Source: an uncultured bacterium
Lineage (GTDB): Bacteria > Acidobacteriota > Thermoanaerobaculia > Multivoradales > J023
Direction of reading: 5' to 3'
NCBI GenBank assembly: GCA_965366625.1
Contig: CBDUGP010000038.1
Span: 4,239-68,238 of the forward strand
Length of the DNA: 64,000 nucleotides
Below, piece by piece: positions 36,937-46,718 of this stretch (positions are counted from its first letter, which is position 1; every line of letters begins with the position of its first letter). The notes beneath the pieces are model-generated. The model had not been told where the DNA came from. It ran no database searches and saw only the letters and a list, made by a program, of their open reading frames with translations. The translations under genes were made by a program, and so were the position numbers.

Positions 36937-39687
36937 CTATTGAATTAGAATTTCGAGTCGTGAACCCAAGGCCTTTAGATCTCGAATCGAGCTTCCCGAC
37001 TTGGACAGATCAAAGACCAGGCGAAGTTCTTGGCCGGGATGAAAGCCGAGCCGAATTCTCTTCAGCTCGTCGGTACCTACCGCAATCTCGCTTTTCGGGA
37101 AATTTTCCACGCCCAAGAGCGAGACCATCTCTCGATCGGCAGCCCAGGCCAAAGGATCATGGCGAAAGTCGTCGTTTGAGAACGAATCCGAGAATTGGAT
37201 CGTAATCCGGGTTCCTTGAGAGCTACGGCTCCAATCAATACCGGTTACAGCGCGGGCGCCGCCAATTGCCTGTGCCTGAGCAGCCCGATCCCGGTTTGGC
37301 GGTGGGGTCGGCGGAGGTACCGTCGCAGTCGCCGGCTCGATAGCAGGCGAAGACGTTTGACGCGCCGGTTCGTCAAACGCGGGAGCCACGACTTCAGGGG
37401 CAGTCTCAGTGATCGAGCCCCCAGGGTCGAGACCGGTCTCAGAACCGCTGTCGATCTCCGGCTCTGCCCCAACTTCAATCATTTCTTCTTGAAGCAGATC
37501 TTCCTCTCCGGTGGATTCGGCTTCGGCCCCAGAGGGGTCGACGGCGGGAGCGGGCTGGTGCTTCGGCGCCTTTCTGTTGCCTGCCTGGGCCACTACCTGA
37601 GAGTCGCTGCCGCTGCTCAATCCGACTAAGCTGGAAAGGGTGGCGCGGAAGAAATACACCCCAGCGACCAGCGCCGCCACGAGGCCCAGAGCAATGAGGT
37701 ACCGCCCAGCGCCTTTGCGGGGGGGAGGAGCAAAATCCTCACCTTCGGTCATCCAAGAATCGTCTTCTTGATCCGAATCCGGCCAGGGATCCACGAAATC
37801 AGCAGTGTGTGAGATCGGAGGCGGAGCCCCTCCAGCAGGGTCGGATGTCGAATCGGCAGGGTGGGTGCTGAAGAGAGAGCTGCCCGATGACCCGTCGTCT
37901 GTCGCCGAACTCAGAGGCTCCGACGGAGCAGCCGAGGCCCCTTGAGGTTCCGCGACCCCTTGGGGAACTCCCAATTCGCTTACCTTCTCAAAGGACGGTG
38001 AATCGAAAGACGAAGAATCGAAAGACGGTGAATCGAAAGAAGCCGCCTCGAAAGAAGGAGCTGCCGTGGCGACCTCCTCCCTCGGCGACTGCTCTGAGGT
38101 CGTCGCCGGAGTCGAGTCTGAGCTAAAGGACGATAGGGACGCGGTAGGAAGTACGTCGGTGCTCTCGGGAACCGCAGCGGCATCAAATTCAGACGACCCA
38201 GCAGAAGCATCATCGAATGACGGTGCTGCCGGCGGCTCAAAAGCCGGCATCTCGGCCGTCGGCTCGAAGGTCGGCATCTCGGCCGTCGGCTCGACATCGA
38301 ATGAGGGTTGGTCGAAGCTCGTTGGTGGCTCCCCCATCGAGGCACCTTTGCCGAACGAGATTTCCGCCGTGGGCTCAATGTCTGCCGTGGGCCCAATGTC
38401 TGCCGTGGGCTCAATGTCTGTTGGGCCCGCAGGGCTTTCCGAGCCTGCCAGGCCGCCGGGTCCGACAGGTGCCTCAAACGCAGGCGCTTCAAAACCAGGC
38501 TCGTCGGTCTCTGCTGAGCTGCCGACCAGGCTGAGTTGAGAGTCTGGGGCAAGGGTTGCGGGACCTGGATCAAAGGATATTTCCTCCGGCGGAGGGTCAA
38601 AATCGATCACCGGGTCTTCCAGCTCCACCGTGGCCTCGACCTCGTCCGCAGCCTCCATCATGCTGTCTTCGAGAGAAATTTCGCGCTTGTCAGGTGTCCC
38701 GGAGGCAGCACCTTGGGCCGGCGGATCCATGCTTGGAGCTTCGGCCGCCAAGAATAGTTCTGGCGCGGGATCCGCGGGCGGCGTTGAGAGAGGCAGAACT
38801 CCTTGGTGAGCTTGATTGGAACCTATCAAGGTCGGCTCCTCGGCGGAAATGTCTTCGAGTTTGAATTGTGTATCTGGACTCGAAGCCAAATGCGGCTTGG
38901 GAGTGCTCGAAGGAACTTTCTCCTCGATCGGAGGTGCCACCGGAGTCAATACTTGATTCGAGGAGACGGGTGGAACCGAAGGTGCGGCCGGCTCGGACGC
39001 GGCCGGCTCGGGGGCGGTCTGCTCAGATGCCGCAGCCGGAATCGTCGGGCGAATGGTATTGACCGCCTTTTCGACTTCTGGATCCGACTCCTCTGCCAGT
39101 AGGTCCCGCGGAACGCCCGGGAGCTTTTTGCCCCAGGGGGCGTCGAATCCCAATTGGGCTTGCTTCTGAACCGGAAGTTCTGCGGGGTTGGGCAAGCTCG
39201 GATTGACCTCTTGGACCGAAGTTCCCACCAACGTCGGCTCTTCCTCGCCCAGGGGATCGGGATTCACCGACATTTCCGAATCCGCAGAGATTCCACCCTC
39301 AGCAACTCTGTCCACCTCGAACGGAGGACCTCCTGCTTTCACCTGTTCCTCAAGCAACTTGAGCACCAGCTGGCGACCACTTTCGTCGATGGCCGTAAAT
39401 CGAACCCCCATGCCGGCCGGAGAATCCGGACCGAGGTCGTTGGGACGTTGCCACACCACAACCCCTTGTCCATGCAAGAGTCGGAAGCCGTCGGTCAACT
39501 TGAATTCGAAATGGACCTCAGTGCCGATCGGCCGAGGACGGTGAGTCTTAATGAAAACGCCGCCTAAGGAAATGCCGGCCCGATACTCTTCAACGAACGA
39601 AGAGAATTTCTCGAATCGAAGGGTGACATGTCCTTCCGGAGGAATCTGGCGGCGGAAAGAACCTGTTTCGTTGGGGCCGTCGGTCAT
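36937..39687 (-). CDS. PilZ domain - disordered repeat region - TM helix - C-terminal AMIN domain protein
   Basis: PilZ 'RRQIPPEGHVTLRF...AGISLGGVFIKT'; TM 'GRYLIALGLVAALVAGVYFF'; C-terminal 'RITIQFSDSF...RLVFDLSKSGSSIRDL' AMIN-like; repeat peptides DIEPTA x3, PTAEMP(T/A)FE x2, SFDSPSFDSSSFDSPSF. Confidence 0.75.
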   Translation of the reverse strand: MTDGPNETGSFRRQIPPEGHVTLRFEKFSSFVEEYRAGISLGGVFIKTHRPRPIGTEVHFEFKLTDGFRLLHGQGVVVWQRPNDLGPDSPAGMGVRFTAIDESGRQLVLKLLEEQVKAGGPPFEVDRVAEGGISADSEMSVNPDPLGEEEPTLVGTSVQEVNPSLPNPAELPVQKQAQLGFDAPWGKKLPGVPRDLLAEESDPEVEKAVNTIRPTIPAAASEQTAPEPAASEPAAPSVPPVSSNQVLTPVAPPIEEKVPSSTPKPHLASSPDTQFKLEDISAEEPTLIGSNQAHQGVLPLSTPPADPAPELFLAAEAPSMDPPAQGAASGTPDKREISLEDSMMEAADEVEATVELEDPVIDFDPPPEEISFDPGPATLAPDSQLSLVGSSAETDEPGFEAPAFEAPVGPGGLAGSESPAGPTDIEPTADIGPTADIEPTAEISFGKGASMGEPPTSFDQPSFDVEPTAEMPTFEPTAEMPAFEPPAAPSFDDASAGSSEFDAAAVPESTDVLPTASLSSFSSDSTPATTSEQSPREEVATAAPSFEAASFDSPSFDSSSFDSPSFEKVSELGVPQGVAEPQGASAAPSEPLSSATDDGSSGSSLFSTHPADSTSDPAGGAPPPISHTADFVDPWPDSDQEDDSWMTEGEDFAPPPRKGAGRYLIALGLVAALVAGVYFFRATLSSLVGLSSGSDSQVVAQAGNRKAPKHQPAPAVDPSGAEAESTGEEDLLQEEMIEVGAEPEIDSGSETGLDPGGSITETAPEVVAPAFDEPARQTSSPAIEPATATVPPPTPPPNRDRAAQAQAIGGARAVTGIDWSRSSQGTRITIQFSDSFSNDDFRHDPLAWAADREMVSLLGVENFPKSEIAVGTDELKRIRLGFHPGQELRLVFDLSKSGSSIRDLKALGSRLEILIQ

Positions 39688-40064
39688 CTTTGAATTCGCT
39701 GGCTCCGGCTTCCGGGGCTAATGTGAATGGCTCACGTCAGCAATTGGAGGCCATGGGTTTTATTTCACCTGCTGCCTAGTAGGCGGGTGTGCTTTGAGCG
39801 GCAGTCTATCGCAAAGGAAAGTTTTGCTCACGTGCGTAGAATGGATTGGCTCGTGGGCACGTAAATATGCATCAGGTCGAGATTCTGGGCAAAATCTCGG
39901 CCGATCGAAAATGGACCCACGAGCGACCCACGCCGTCCGCGACTTGCCCGCAAACCGATGAAAGAGTGACTCGGTGCCGAGCCCGGTGGACCGCCCAACT
40001 TGTTGAGCATCCGCCGACCCTGGGCTACCATGCAAATGTGAGCAGCCGAACCGACCGCCGAACC

Positions 40065-41387
40065 ATGGACGAGCTGATTCTCCTGCCCGAGGATCAGGCG
40101 ATTCACGCATTCTTCGACGATTTGGATCGAATCGTGTTGTTGCGACTTTTGGTCGTGGTGGCAGTGGCTTCGGTGGCCGGCATAGTCGCGCTGCTGGTCG
40201 AGGGCTCCCCTCTTTGGCTGACCCTGCCCGCGCTTGCCCTGATTCTTGTGCGGGTCATCTTCTCAGCCTCGCGCCAAGCCTACTTCGAGCGTCACTTTCG
40301 TCCGATACTGTTGGCATATCTATTGCTGCACGGAATCGGCATCCGACTCTTTATGATGCTCAAGTGGCCCGACTTCTATTTGGTTCTCGATTATTTGCTA
40401 CCCCTGGTCCTGATCTTTTTCTGTCTGCGCCAGCTTCACCTCTTCTTGTTGCTCGGGCCGATGTGGGGAATCTCCGCGGGCCGTGACCTTGTTTCAGCGC
40501 TGATGGGTGCTTCGGAAGTTCAGGTCTTGCCGCTGATCGCAGTCAGCACGGTTTGCTTGGTGGTGTTTTTTTGGGTCGGCCGACAAACCCGGAAGCGACG
40601 CCGGGACTTCCTGTTGGTTTGGCGCCGGGAGCACCAAAGGCATCGCGAACGTCATCGAATGCAAGGGGAATTGGATGAGGCGCGCAGGATCCAGCTCAGC
40701 ATGCTGCCGCGCAGCGATCCGTCCCATCGCTTTTTCGACATCGCGGGTATCTCGATTCCAGCCAGTGAGGTAGGCGGCGACTACTACGAGTATTTTCAGT
40801 CCGGAATCGATCGCCAAGCGGTGGTCATCGCCGATGTCGCAGGACACGGTGTGGCCAGCGGTCTGCTGTTGGCGGGCGTTCGCAGCTGCCTCTATTTGCT
40901 CAAGGACTCACCCCACCGGCCGGTCGAAGTGTTGGAAAAGTTGGATCGCGTGGTTCGAGAGACCACCGGCCGACGCGAATTTGTGACCATGCTCTACGCC
41001 CTCTTCGATCCCCAACGGGGTGAGGTCAGCCTGGCATCCGCCGGTCATCCGCCGCTGCTCAGATACGTGGCTGCGACCGGCCAAGTAGAAGAAGCGGCCT
41101 TCTGCTCCCTGCCTCTCGGCACCCGATTGCGCCAGAGCCTAGAGGAAGTCCAAGTGCCCTATGCCACCGATGACATTTTCTTGCTCTACACGGACGGGAT
41201 CGCAGAGACGGTCAACAGCAAAGGTGATCTCTACGGCAACGAGCGGCTGTCTGGGCGCCTGAAGGCGACCGCTCACGACCGGACCGCAAAAGAGATTCGA
41301 GACACCCTTCTCGGAGATGTTTGGAGCTTCAAGGCGGACGGTGAGCAAACCGACGACATCACCCTCGTGGTCGTCAAGGTTCGCTGA
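40065..41387 (+). CDS. Membrane-anchored PP2C-type Ser/Thr phosphatase (SpoIIE/RsbU family)
   Basis: 'IPASEVGGDYYEYF', 'IADVAGHGVASGLL', 'LYTDGIAE', 'DDITLVVVKV'; N-terminal 5-6 TM segments; start at MDELILL. Confidence 0.85.
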   Translation: MDELILLPEDQAIHAFFDDLDRIVLLRLLVVVAVASVAGIVALLVEGSPLWLTLPALALILVRVIFSASRQAYFERHFRPILLAYLLLHGIGIRLFMMLKWPDFYLVLDYLLPLVLIFFCLRQLHLFLLLGPMWGISAGRDLVSALMGASEVQVLPLIAVSTVCLVVFFWVGRQTRKRRRDFLLVWRREHQRHRERHRMQGELDEARRIQLSMLPRSDPSHRFFDIAGISIPASEVGGDYYEYFQSGIDRQAVVIADVAGHGVASGLLLAGVRSCLYLLKDSPHRPVEVLEKLDRVVRETTGRREFVTMLYALFDPQRGEVSLASAGHPPLLRYVAATGQVEEAAFCSLPLGTRLRQSLEEVQVPYATDDIFLLYTDGIAETVNSKGDLYGNERLSGRLKATAHDRTAKEIRDTLLGDVWSFKADGEQTDDITLVVVKVR

Positions 41388-41403
41388 AGCTCGGTATCCC
41401 CAA

Positions 41404-41467
41404 GAGCGGCACCGGCAAGGAGCGGCACCGGCAAGGAGCGGCACCGGCAAGGAGCGGCACAGGCAAG
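41404..41467. repeat. 16-bp tandem repeat gagcggcaccggcaag x4 immediately downstream of the phosphatase stop
   Basis: Visible in sequence; last copy has one substitution. Confidence 0.9.
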
Positions 41468-41480
41468 ATGGGGTCAACGC

Positions 41481-41508
41481 AAAAAACCCCGGAGGTTCCG
41501 GGGCTTTA
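41481..41508. terminator. Bidirectional intrinsic terminator (strong for minus-strand tRNA-Glu transcript)
   Basis: Stem ccccgga-ggt-tccgggg flanked by aaaaaa (=UUUUUU on minus) and cttta on plus. Confidence 0.7.
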
Positions 41509-41599
41509 AGGTGGGAGTCGCGGGTCCGAATTTGGAGCGTCTCACCGAGGTGTCGACTGAGAGATGATCGCTGGCCTTTCAAGGCCTGCTTAGAATCTA

Positions 41600-41676
41600 G
41601 TGGTACCCCCAACGGGATTCGAACCCGTGTCGCCAGCTTGAAAGGCTGGTGTCCTAACCTGGCTAGACGATAGGGG
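41600..41676 (-). tRNA. tRNA-Glu (anticodon UUC), CCA encoded
   Basis: Reverse complement folds as cloverleaf: acceptor gccccta/tgggggt, anticodon stem ccagc/gctgg with loop cTTTCaa, T-arm acggg-ttcgaat-cccgt, 3' CCA. Confidence 0.85.
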
Positions 41677-41813
41677 CACGCAAAACGTGCCGGCCGGGCG
41701 GGTGTGCTCACCTCCGCGGCGGACGCGCAATGTAGCACAGAGCCGGTTTGTTTTCCAAGAGGTAATTTCAAGTCGAGTCTTCCGAAGTCCATTCAGCCGC
41801 CAATTGCCCCGAT

Positions 41814-43739
41814 TCAAGATCCGAACAATCCAAAGGCGAGTCGCGCCAACTGCCCTAGTCCCAAAGCCAAAACGCATGGCCACACACTAAGGGCCCGCTC
41901 CCGAATACCGCCCAAGGAGAGTCCGGTGAGCAGGGAGCCACCGATCATCAACGGCCAATGCCAAGCCTCGGGAACCTCAAAACCGTGAGGCGAGATCCAC
42001 AGCAGGGAGAGGCCGCAAGTGGCGGCGGCAAAGAAGGCGGCGGCATAGAAATTTGGCCGCGAGATGAACCACCTGCCGCCGGCGGTCTGAACCGGGTGGT
42101 CGAGGATCAGCAAACCGTGAACAAGGCCGCGAAATCCGAGTTCAACCGCCAGGGCGATGAGCAAAGAGGCGATAACCGTGACCCCCAGAGCCCCCCGGTC
42201 GGCGGGCAGCTCGGCTGGAATCCAGGCACCACCTGCTACAGCGCCGATCAGGACCAGGGGCACTAGGAACCACCAGTCGATACCCGCAGGGCGACGCCAG
42301 CCGTAGAGCCACATCCATCCCCTAGACACTTGGCGGGTCAATAGCCAGGCAGCCAAGCTCACGACCAACGCCGCCGCCCCCATTTCCATGGCGAGGCCTT
42401 GGGGAGTCGCCGCCGACATCTCTAGATTCCGCAGCCCCACTACGCTGACTCCTCCCACCAGCGCCAGGACCAAGATCCAAAGGGCCGAAGTGGCCAGTCG
42501 TTGAAGATGTTGAACGGGACGGACTTTTTTATAAGTCAGCTTGAGGATCTTAGCGATCTCACGTGCGGACAAGCCGGTTCCCGTTGGACGCGGGGAGCCG
42601 CCGATGTCGTCGGAGCCCCCCCATCGTTTGGAAGCCGGCCGACCATCCACCGCAGGGTCTAAGAGATTCAACTTGTTGTAAGCCGATTCAAGCTCAATGC
42701 CCGACAACGCAGCCACCCGGCGCAAGGTGTAGTGATTACGGTCTTTCTGCAAGGCGACGATACCCAAGCGATCGCCCCAGACTTTCTTGAGACGTTTTTC
42801 TACATCGTAGATTCCGCCGTCGTCCCGGCAAACTACCGCCACCTTGCCTTGGCCGATCTCCACATGGCCGTATTCTTTGTCGATGCTCGAATAGTCTTGA
42901 AAGTCGGAGCCACGAAAAACGAGCTTGTCGATTTCCAACAACATCTCGCGGGTATAACCCGCCAAGTCCTTGGTGCCCCAGGTGCCCGTAGCTTTGCTTT
43001 CTAGCTCGATGGCGTGAAGGGCGTCCAATCGCTCCATTTCTACCGCCAAGGCCGCCTGCGGTAGTCCGCACAGCTCGGCGATTTCCAGGCCGTTGGCGTC
43101 GATCGCGCCTTCCAAGCGAATCAAAGGAATAATGCGATCCCGAGTTTCTGGGCTCAGATTTCGCAAGCGCCGGTGGTTGAGCAAGATCCAAATGGCAAAA
43201 ACCGTGTCGAGGTCCGGCTCGTTGGCATAGACCGTCCAGTCGCCGACATCCAGCTCCAGGCCCTTGCACACCAAGATCAGTGCTTGTTCGCAGGTGGCCA
43301 AGGTGAAAGCGCGAGAGCAGCCCTGATGGTGATCGAGATTGAAGAGGTGGGCATTGTCGTCGACCAGCGGCGCGAAGGCGCCGGCGCCGTCCAGCAAAAT
43401 GGAGCGGGCAGGCAGCTTGCGGGCCTCCGCTTCCGAGAAGCTAAAGGAGCGGTTGAGGTGGACGGCAATGCCCGGTGCTTCTCGGCAGACCAAAGCCGGG
43501 CCGGTGTCCTTCTCCCGAATGTCGTAGCGGTCGGGAATATCTTCGGGGCCCTTTTCGAGCCCTGCCAATACGCCGATGTGACTGCTGTCGAAGGGCACCA
43601 AACCGCCCCGGGGTGAGCCCTTTTTGGAAGTGGACACGATGCTCCCGCCGGCTTTTGATGGAACATCCGACTGGCCTTCCACATCGGCATGGCTACTGTC
43701 GGTCGGGTCTTGGGAGTCCGATTCTCTCAATGGCATCAC
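41814..43739 (-). CDS. Fusion of a DHH-family-like phosphoesterase domain (possibly degenerate) and a CPBP (CAAX/Abi) intramembrane glutamic protease domain
   Basis: 'LLDGAG', 'NLDHHQG' (DHH motif III), 'WGGSDDIGGSP' (motif IV-like); C-terminal TM bundle with CPBP motifs 'AVELGFRGLVHG' (EExxxR-like) and 'FAAATCGLSLL...PHG'. Confidence 0.65.
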   Translation of the reverse strand: MMPLRESDSQDPTDSSHADVEGQSDVPSKAGGSIVSTSKKGSPRGGLVPFDSSHIGVLAGLEKGPEDIPDRYDIREKDTGPALVCREAPGIAVHLNRSFSFSEAEARKLPARSILLDGAGAFAPLVDDNAHLFNLDHHQGCSRAFTLATCEQALILVCKGLELDVGDWTVYANEPDLDTVFAIWILLNHRRLRNLSPETRDRIIPLIRLEGAIDANGLEIAELCGLPQAALAVEMERLDALHAIELESKATGTWGTKDLAGYTREMLLEIDKLVFRGSDFQDYSSIDKEYGHVEIGQGKVAVVCRDDGGIYDVEKRLKKVWGDRLGIVALQKDRNHYTLRRVAALSGIELESAYNKLNLLDPAVDGRPASKRWGGSDDIGGSPRPTGTGLSAREIAKILKLTYKKVRPVQHLQRLATSALWILVLALVGGVSVVGLRNLEMSAATPQGLAMEMGAAALVVSLAAWLLTRQVSRGWMWLYGWRRPAGIDWWFLVPLVLIGAVAGGAWIPAELPADRGALGVTVIASLLIALAVELGFRGLVHGLLILDHPVQTAGGRWFISRPNFYAAAFFAAATCGLSLLWISPHGFEVPEAWHWPLMIGGSLLTGLSLGGIRERALSVWPCVLALGLGQLARLAFGLFGS

Positions 43740-43835
43740 CTCGGCGCCGGCGTCGGGATGAGCGAGCGCCGTGGGCGGATCAGTCTACATCTTAGGGTGG
43801 CCAATTATAGCCCCACTGGGATCTGCAAAGGAGCC

Positions 43836-46718
43836 TCAGTGGCGGGGAGAAGAGCCGGGACCGTCCAGGGCCTGGCGAATTTGCTTGGCCAAACCATTGG
43901 GAGTAAAGGGCTTCTGAATCAGCCGAGTGCCGTCCTCCCCTAATCGTTTGCCCAGGATCGACTCCTCGTTATATCCAGACATGAAGACCACCTTCATCGC
44001 CGGGCTCAGGCTCAGGAGGCGGGCTGCCAGCTCAGGGCCTTTCATATGCGGCATGATGACGTCGGTCAGCAGCAGGTCAATTTTGGATTTATGAGATTTG
44101 AACAAAGCCAGCGCTTCGGAGCCCCCGGCAGCCCTCAAGACCCGGTACCCCTTGGACTCCAAAATTTCACACGCCACCATGCGCACACTGTCCTCATCCT
44201 CGACCACCAGGATCGTCTCGTCGCCGACATCCGAGGTGGGCTCGAAGCTGCTGCTCTCCTCGCGCAGGGAGCGGCTTTCTTGGGCTACGGCCGGCAGCAG
44301 GATCCGGAAGCTGCTACCGGTTCCGACATTGCTGGCGACCCGAATATATCCCTTGGATTGATTGATGATGCCATAGACCATCGACAGTCCCAGGCCTGTG
44401 CCCTTACCCAATTCTTTGGTGGTGAAATAGGGCTCGAAAATCCGGTGCAGCAGTTCGGGATCAATGCCGGTTCCCGTGTCGCGGATGGTCATCGACACAT
44501 AGCGACCGGGCGGGATGGCGCCTTGTTGGGGATCCTCGTCCACGTGGTCCAAGGCCGAGAGAGCCGTCGAAATCGTGATCGATCCACCTTCGGGCATGGC
44601 ATCGCGGGCGTTGACCGCGAGATTCATGATCACCTGGCCCATCTGACCGGGGTCGATCTTGACCACCGGCAATCCTTCGGCCAGCTCGGTTTGGACCTCG
44701 ATGTGCTCGCCCGTCAATCGGCGGAGCATTTTTTCCACGTCGGTGATCACTGTATTTAGGTCCATGGTGCGAGCTTCCATGACCTGCTGACGGCTGAATG
44801 CGAGGAGCTGTTTGGTCAAGGAAGCCGCCCGATTGCCGGCATCCCGAATATCGGACAGATATTTGTGGAGAGTTTCATCGGACCGATAGCGAGCGATGAG
44901 CAAAGAGCTATAACCCAGGATCACCGACAGCAGGTTGTTGAAATCGTGAGCGACACCCGCAGAGAGTCGACCGATCGCCTCCATTTTCTGGGATTGCACA
45001 AGTTGCTCCTGCAACCGCCGATTCTCCTCGACTTCCTGGCGCGCCATCTCCACCAGACGAACATTTTCGATCACCGGGGCGATCTGATTGCCCAGTTGGG
45101 TCAAGAGTTCGATGTCGCTGCGCGGATAGAAATCGTCCGGATCCCGGCGGCCCAAGAGCCAAAGGCCGATGACTCGATCTTGGGTGGCGAGCGGAATGCA
45201 CAGCCTGACCCAAGGAAAACGTTCGTCGGCGGCAAGGTTCAAGGATTTGAAGGGCCGTACCCGCACTCGTAACCTGCGCAGCTCTTCGACGGTCGGAAGC
45301 TCTCCCACCAAATCTTGCTCGTAAATGGAGGTCACCCGGCCGTCCTCCATGGCGTAAAGGGCCGACCGGCGCACCATCAGGGTCGGCAAGATTTCTGTGC
45401 AGATCACCTTCCGAAGATTGGACCGGTTGAAGGACGACGGGATGAGCTCCGCGAATCGGCTCAGGACCTGATGGGGTTTGTAGTGAATGCCGTAGATTTG
45501 CCGATCCACCAGGCGCTCGAGTCGCTGTCGCAAGGGCCCGGCCACCAGCAAAAAAAACAAAGAAATCGCTAGGCTGAGCTGCAGCTGATCGCTCGGTTCT
45601 TGAACCCATCGTGAGCAGATCATGAAAACTGCCACGAACGTCGTGATGTAGAGGGAATAGAAGCCGTAGGAACTCAGAATGCGATTGGCGCGGAATTCGA
45701 CCATTCCAGAGCCATGCCGATAGAGAGCATAAAGATAAGAAAACGGCCAGAAAGGCAAGATCGACACAAACAGCACGCCGTTGAGGGTCGCGTAGAGGGA
45801 AGAACCGAGGTTCCCTTCGGTTTGGGTCACAGAAATCAAGACCTGAAGCATGATCGGTAGGAGACCGACACCAATCCCGAACAACAACAACCGATTGATG
45901 ATCCGATGGGAAATCTTGTCGCCGATCAACAGCCGAAGCAGCAGCAAACAGACCGATAAGAGAATAGAAAGGCAGATCGGCACAACGACCCAGATCTGGC
46001 TCAGATTCACTACGTAATCGACCAACGCCAACGCACCACACGCCACATAACCAGGAATGAGCACGATTCTTTCGAGGGCCTTGAAGCGCCGATTCGGCAA
46101 GATCAGATGCAGGTGCAAGAGGAGCGGGGCAAAGGCCCAGATCACGAAGCGGAAAACAATGGCGCTGTAGCCGGCTTGGGTCGCCGACAATAAACCCGAT
46201 GCCCCCCAAACGGCGACGTTGTAGTAGAGCGACACCAAGACCAGCCATTGGGCGTCCCTAGGCCGTAGAAAAATGACCGCCAGCGTGCCTGCGAGCCAAA
46301 AAACCGCCGGGAAGACCCACACTAAGCTCGAGGTTTCGAGTATTTCAGTCTGGGTCTGCGGTCTAGTCCAAATCGTTCGTTCGACTCCATTGCGGACAAA
46401 CGTTACGGGATGATCGACATTTGGCTGTTCTCTGAAGTCTCGGAATAGGGGAATGCTGCGATCGTGGGCGACAGTTTCCCGATCCACGGTTCCCAGACTG
46501 AGGACTCGATCCCCCATGGCCAAGCAGCCTTCGGGCTTCTTCTTGCAATCCGGGTCCACCTCCAAGACCTGCCAGGTTGAAGGATGGAGCACGAAGCGCA
46601 GGTTGGGACGGCTGAAGTCGAGGTAGGCGTAGTAGAGGCAGCACAGCAGAACAAGGAAAGATATCGCCAACAAGGCGACGTCCGATCGGCCTAAGGTGGA
46701 CAAACGAGCTTTGAACAT
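43836..46718 (-). CDS. Hybrid sensor histidine kinase: N-terminal 7TM sensor domain - GAF - HisKA - HATPase_c - REC
   Basis: ~8 TM helices; 'VAHDFNNLLSVILGYSSLL' H-box; 'DTGTGIDPELLHRIFEPYFTTKELGKGTGLGLSMV'; receiver 'ILVVEDEDSVR...LLTDVIMPHMKGPEL'. Confidence 0.85.
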   Translation of the reverse strand: MFKARLSTLGRSDVALLAISFLVLLCCLYYAYLDFSRPNLRFVLHPSTWQVLEVDPDCKKKPEGCLAMGDRVLSLGTVDRETVAHDRSIPLFRDFREQPNVDHPVTFVRNGVERTIWTRPQTQTEILETSSLVWVFPAVFWLAGTLAVIFLRPRDAQWLVLVSLYYNVAVWGASGLLSATQAGYSAIVFRFVIWAFAPLLLHLHLILPNRRFKALERIVLIPGYVACGALALVDYVVNLSQIWVVVPICLSILLSVCLLLLRLLIGDKISHRIINRLLLFGIGVGLLPIMLQVLISVTQTEGNLGSSLYATLNGVLFVSILPFWPFSYLYALYRHGSGMVEFRANRILSSYGFYSLYITTFVAVFMICSRWVQEPSDQLQLSLAISLFFLLVAGPLRQRLERLVDRQIYGIHYKPHQVLSRFAELIPSSFNRSNLRKVICTEILPTLMVRRSALYAMEDGRVTSIYEQDLVGELPTVEELRRLRVRVRPFKSLNLAADERFPWVRLCIPLATQDRVIGLWLLGRRDPDDFYPRSDIELLTQLGNQIAPVIENVRLVEMARQEVEENRRLQEQLVQSQKMEAIGRLSAGVAHDFNNLLSVILGYSSLLIARYRSDETLHKYLSDIRDAGNRAASLTKQLLAFSRQQVMEARTMDLNTVITDVEKMLRRLTGEHIEVQTELAEGLPVVKIDPGQMGQVIMNLAVNARDAMPEGGSITISTALSALDHVDEDPQQGAIPPGRYVSMTIRDTGTGIDPELLHRIFEPYFTTKELGKGTGLGLSMVYGIINQSKGYIRVASNVGTGSSFRILLPAVAQESRSLREESSSFEPTSDVGDETILVVEDEDSVRMVACEILESKGYRVLRAAGGSEALALFKSHKSKIDLLLTDVIMPHMKGPELAARLLSLSPAMKVVFMSGYNEESILGKRLGEDGTRLIQKPFTPNGLAKQIRQALDGPGSSPRH

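Noticed and set aside
36678-37205. 175-aa plus-strand ORF starting in the AT-rich island
   Set aside because: Runs antisense into the 3' end of the PilZ-AMIN gene; no motif
41139-41792. 217-aa minus-strand ORF spanning the tRNA-Glu gene and phosphatase 3' end
   Set aside because: Overlaps a structurally convincing tRNA and a terminator; no domain
41600-43800. Integrated mobile element at tRNA-Glu
   Set aside because: No integrase, transposase, direct repeat of the tRNA 3' end or compositional shift recognised downstream of the tRNA; the DHH-CPBP gene merely abuts it
44046-46248. 237-aa plus and 446-aa minus ORFs overlapping the 7TM hybrid kinase
   Set aside because: The kinase frame carries H-box, HATPase and REC motifs; alternatives lack any
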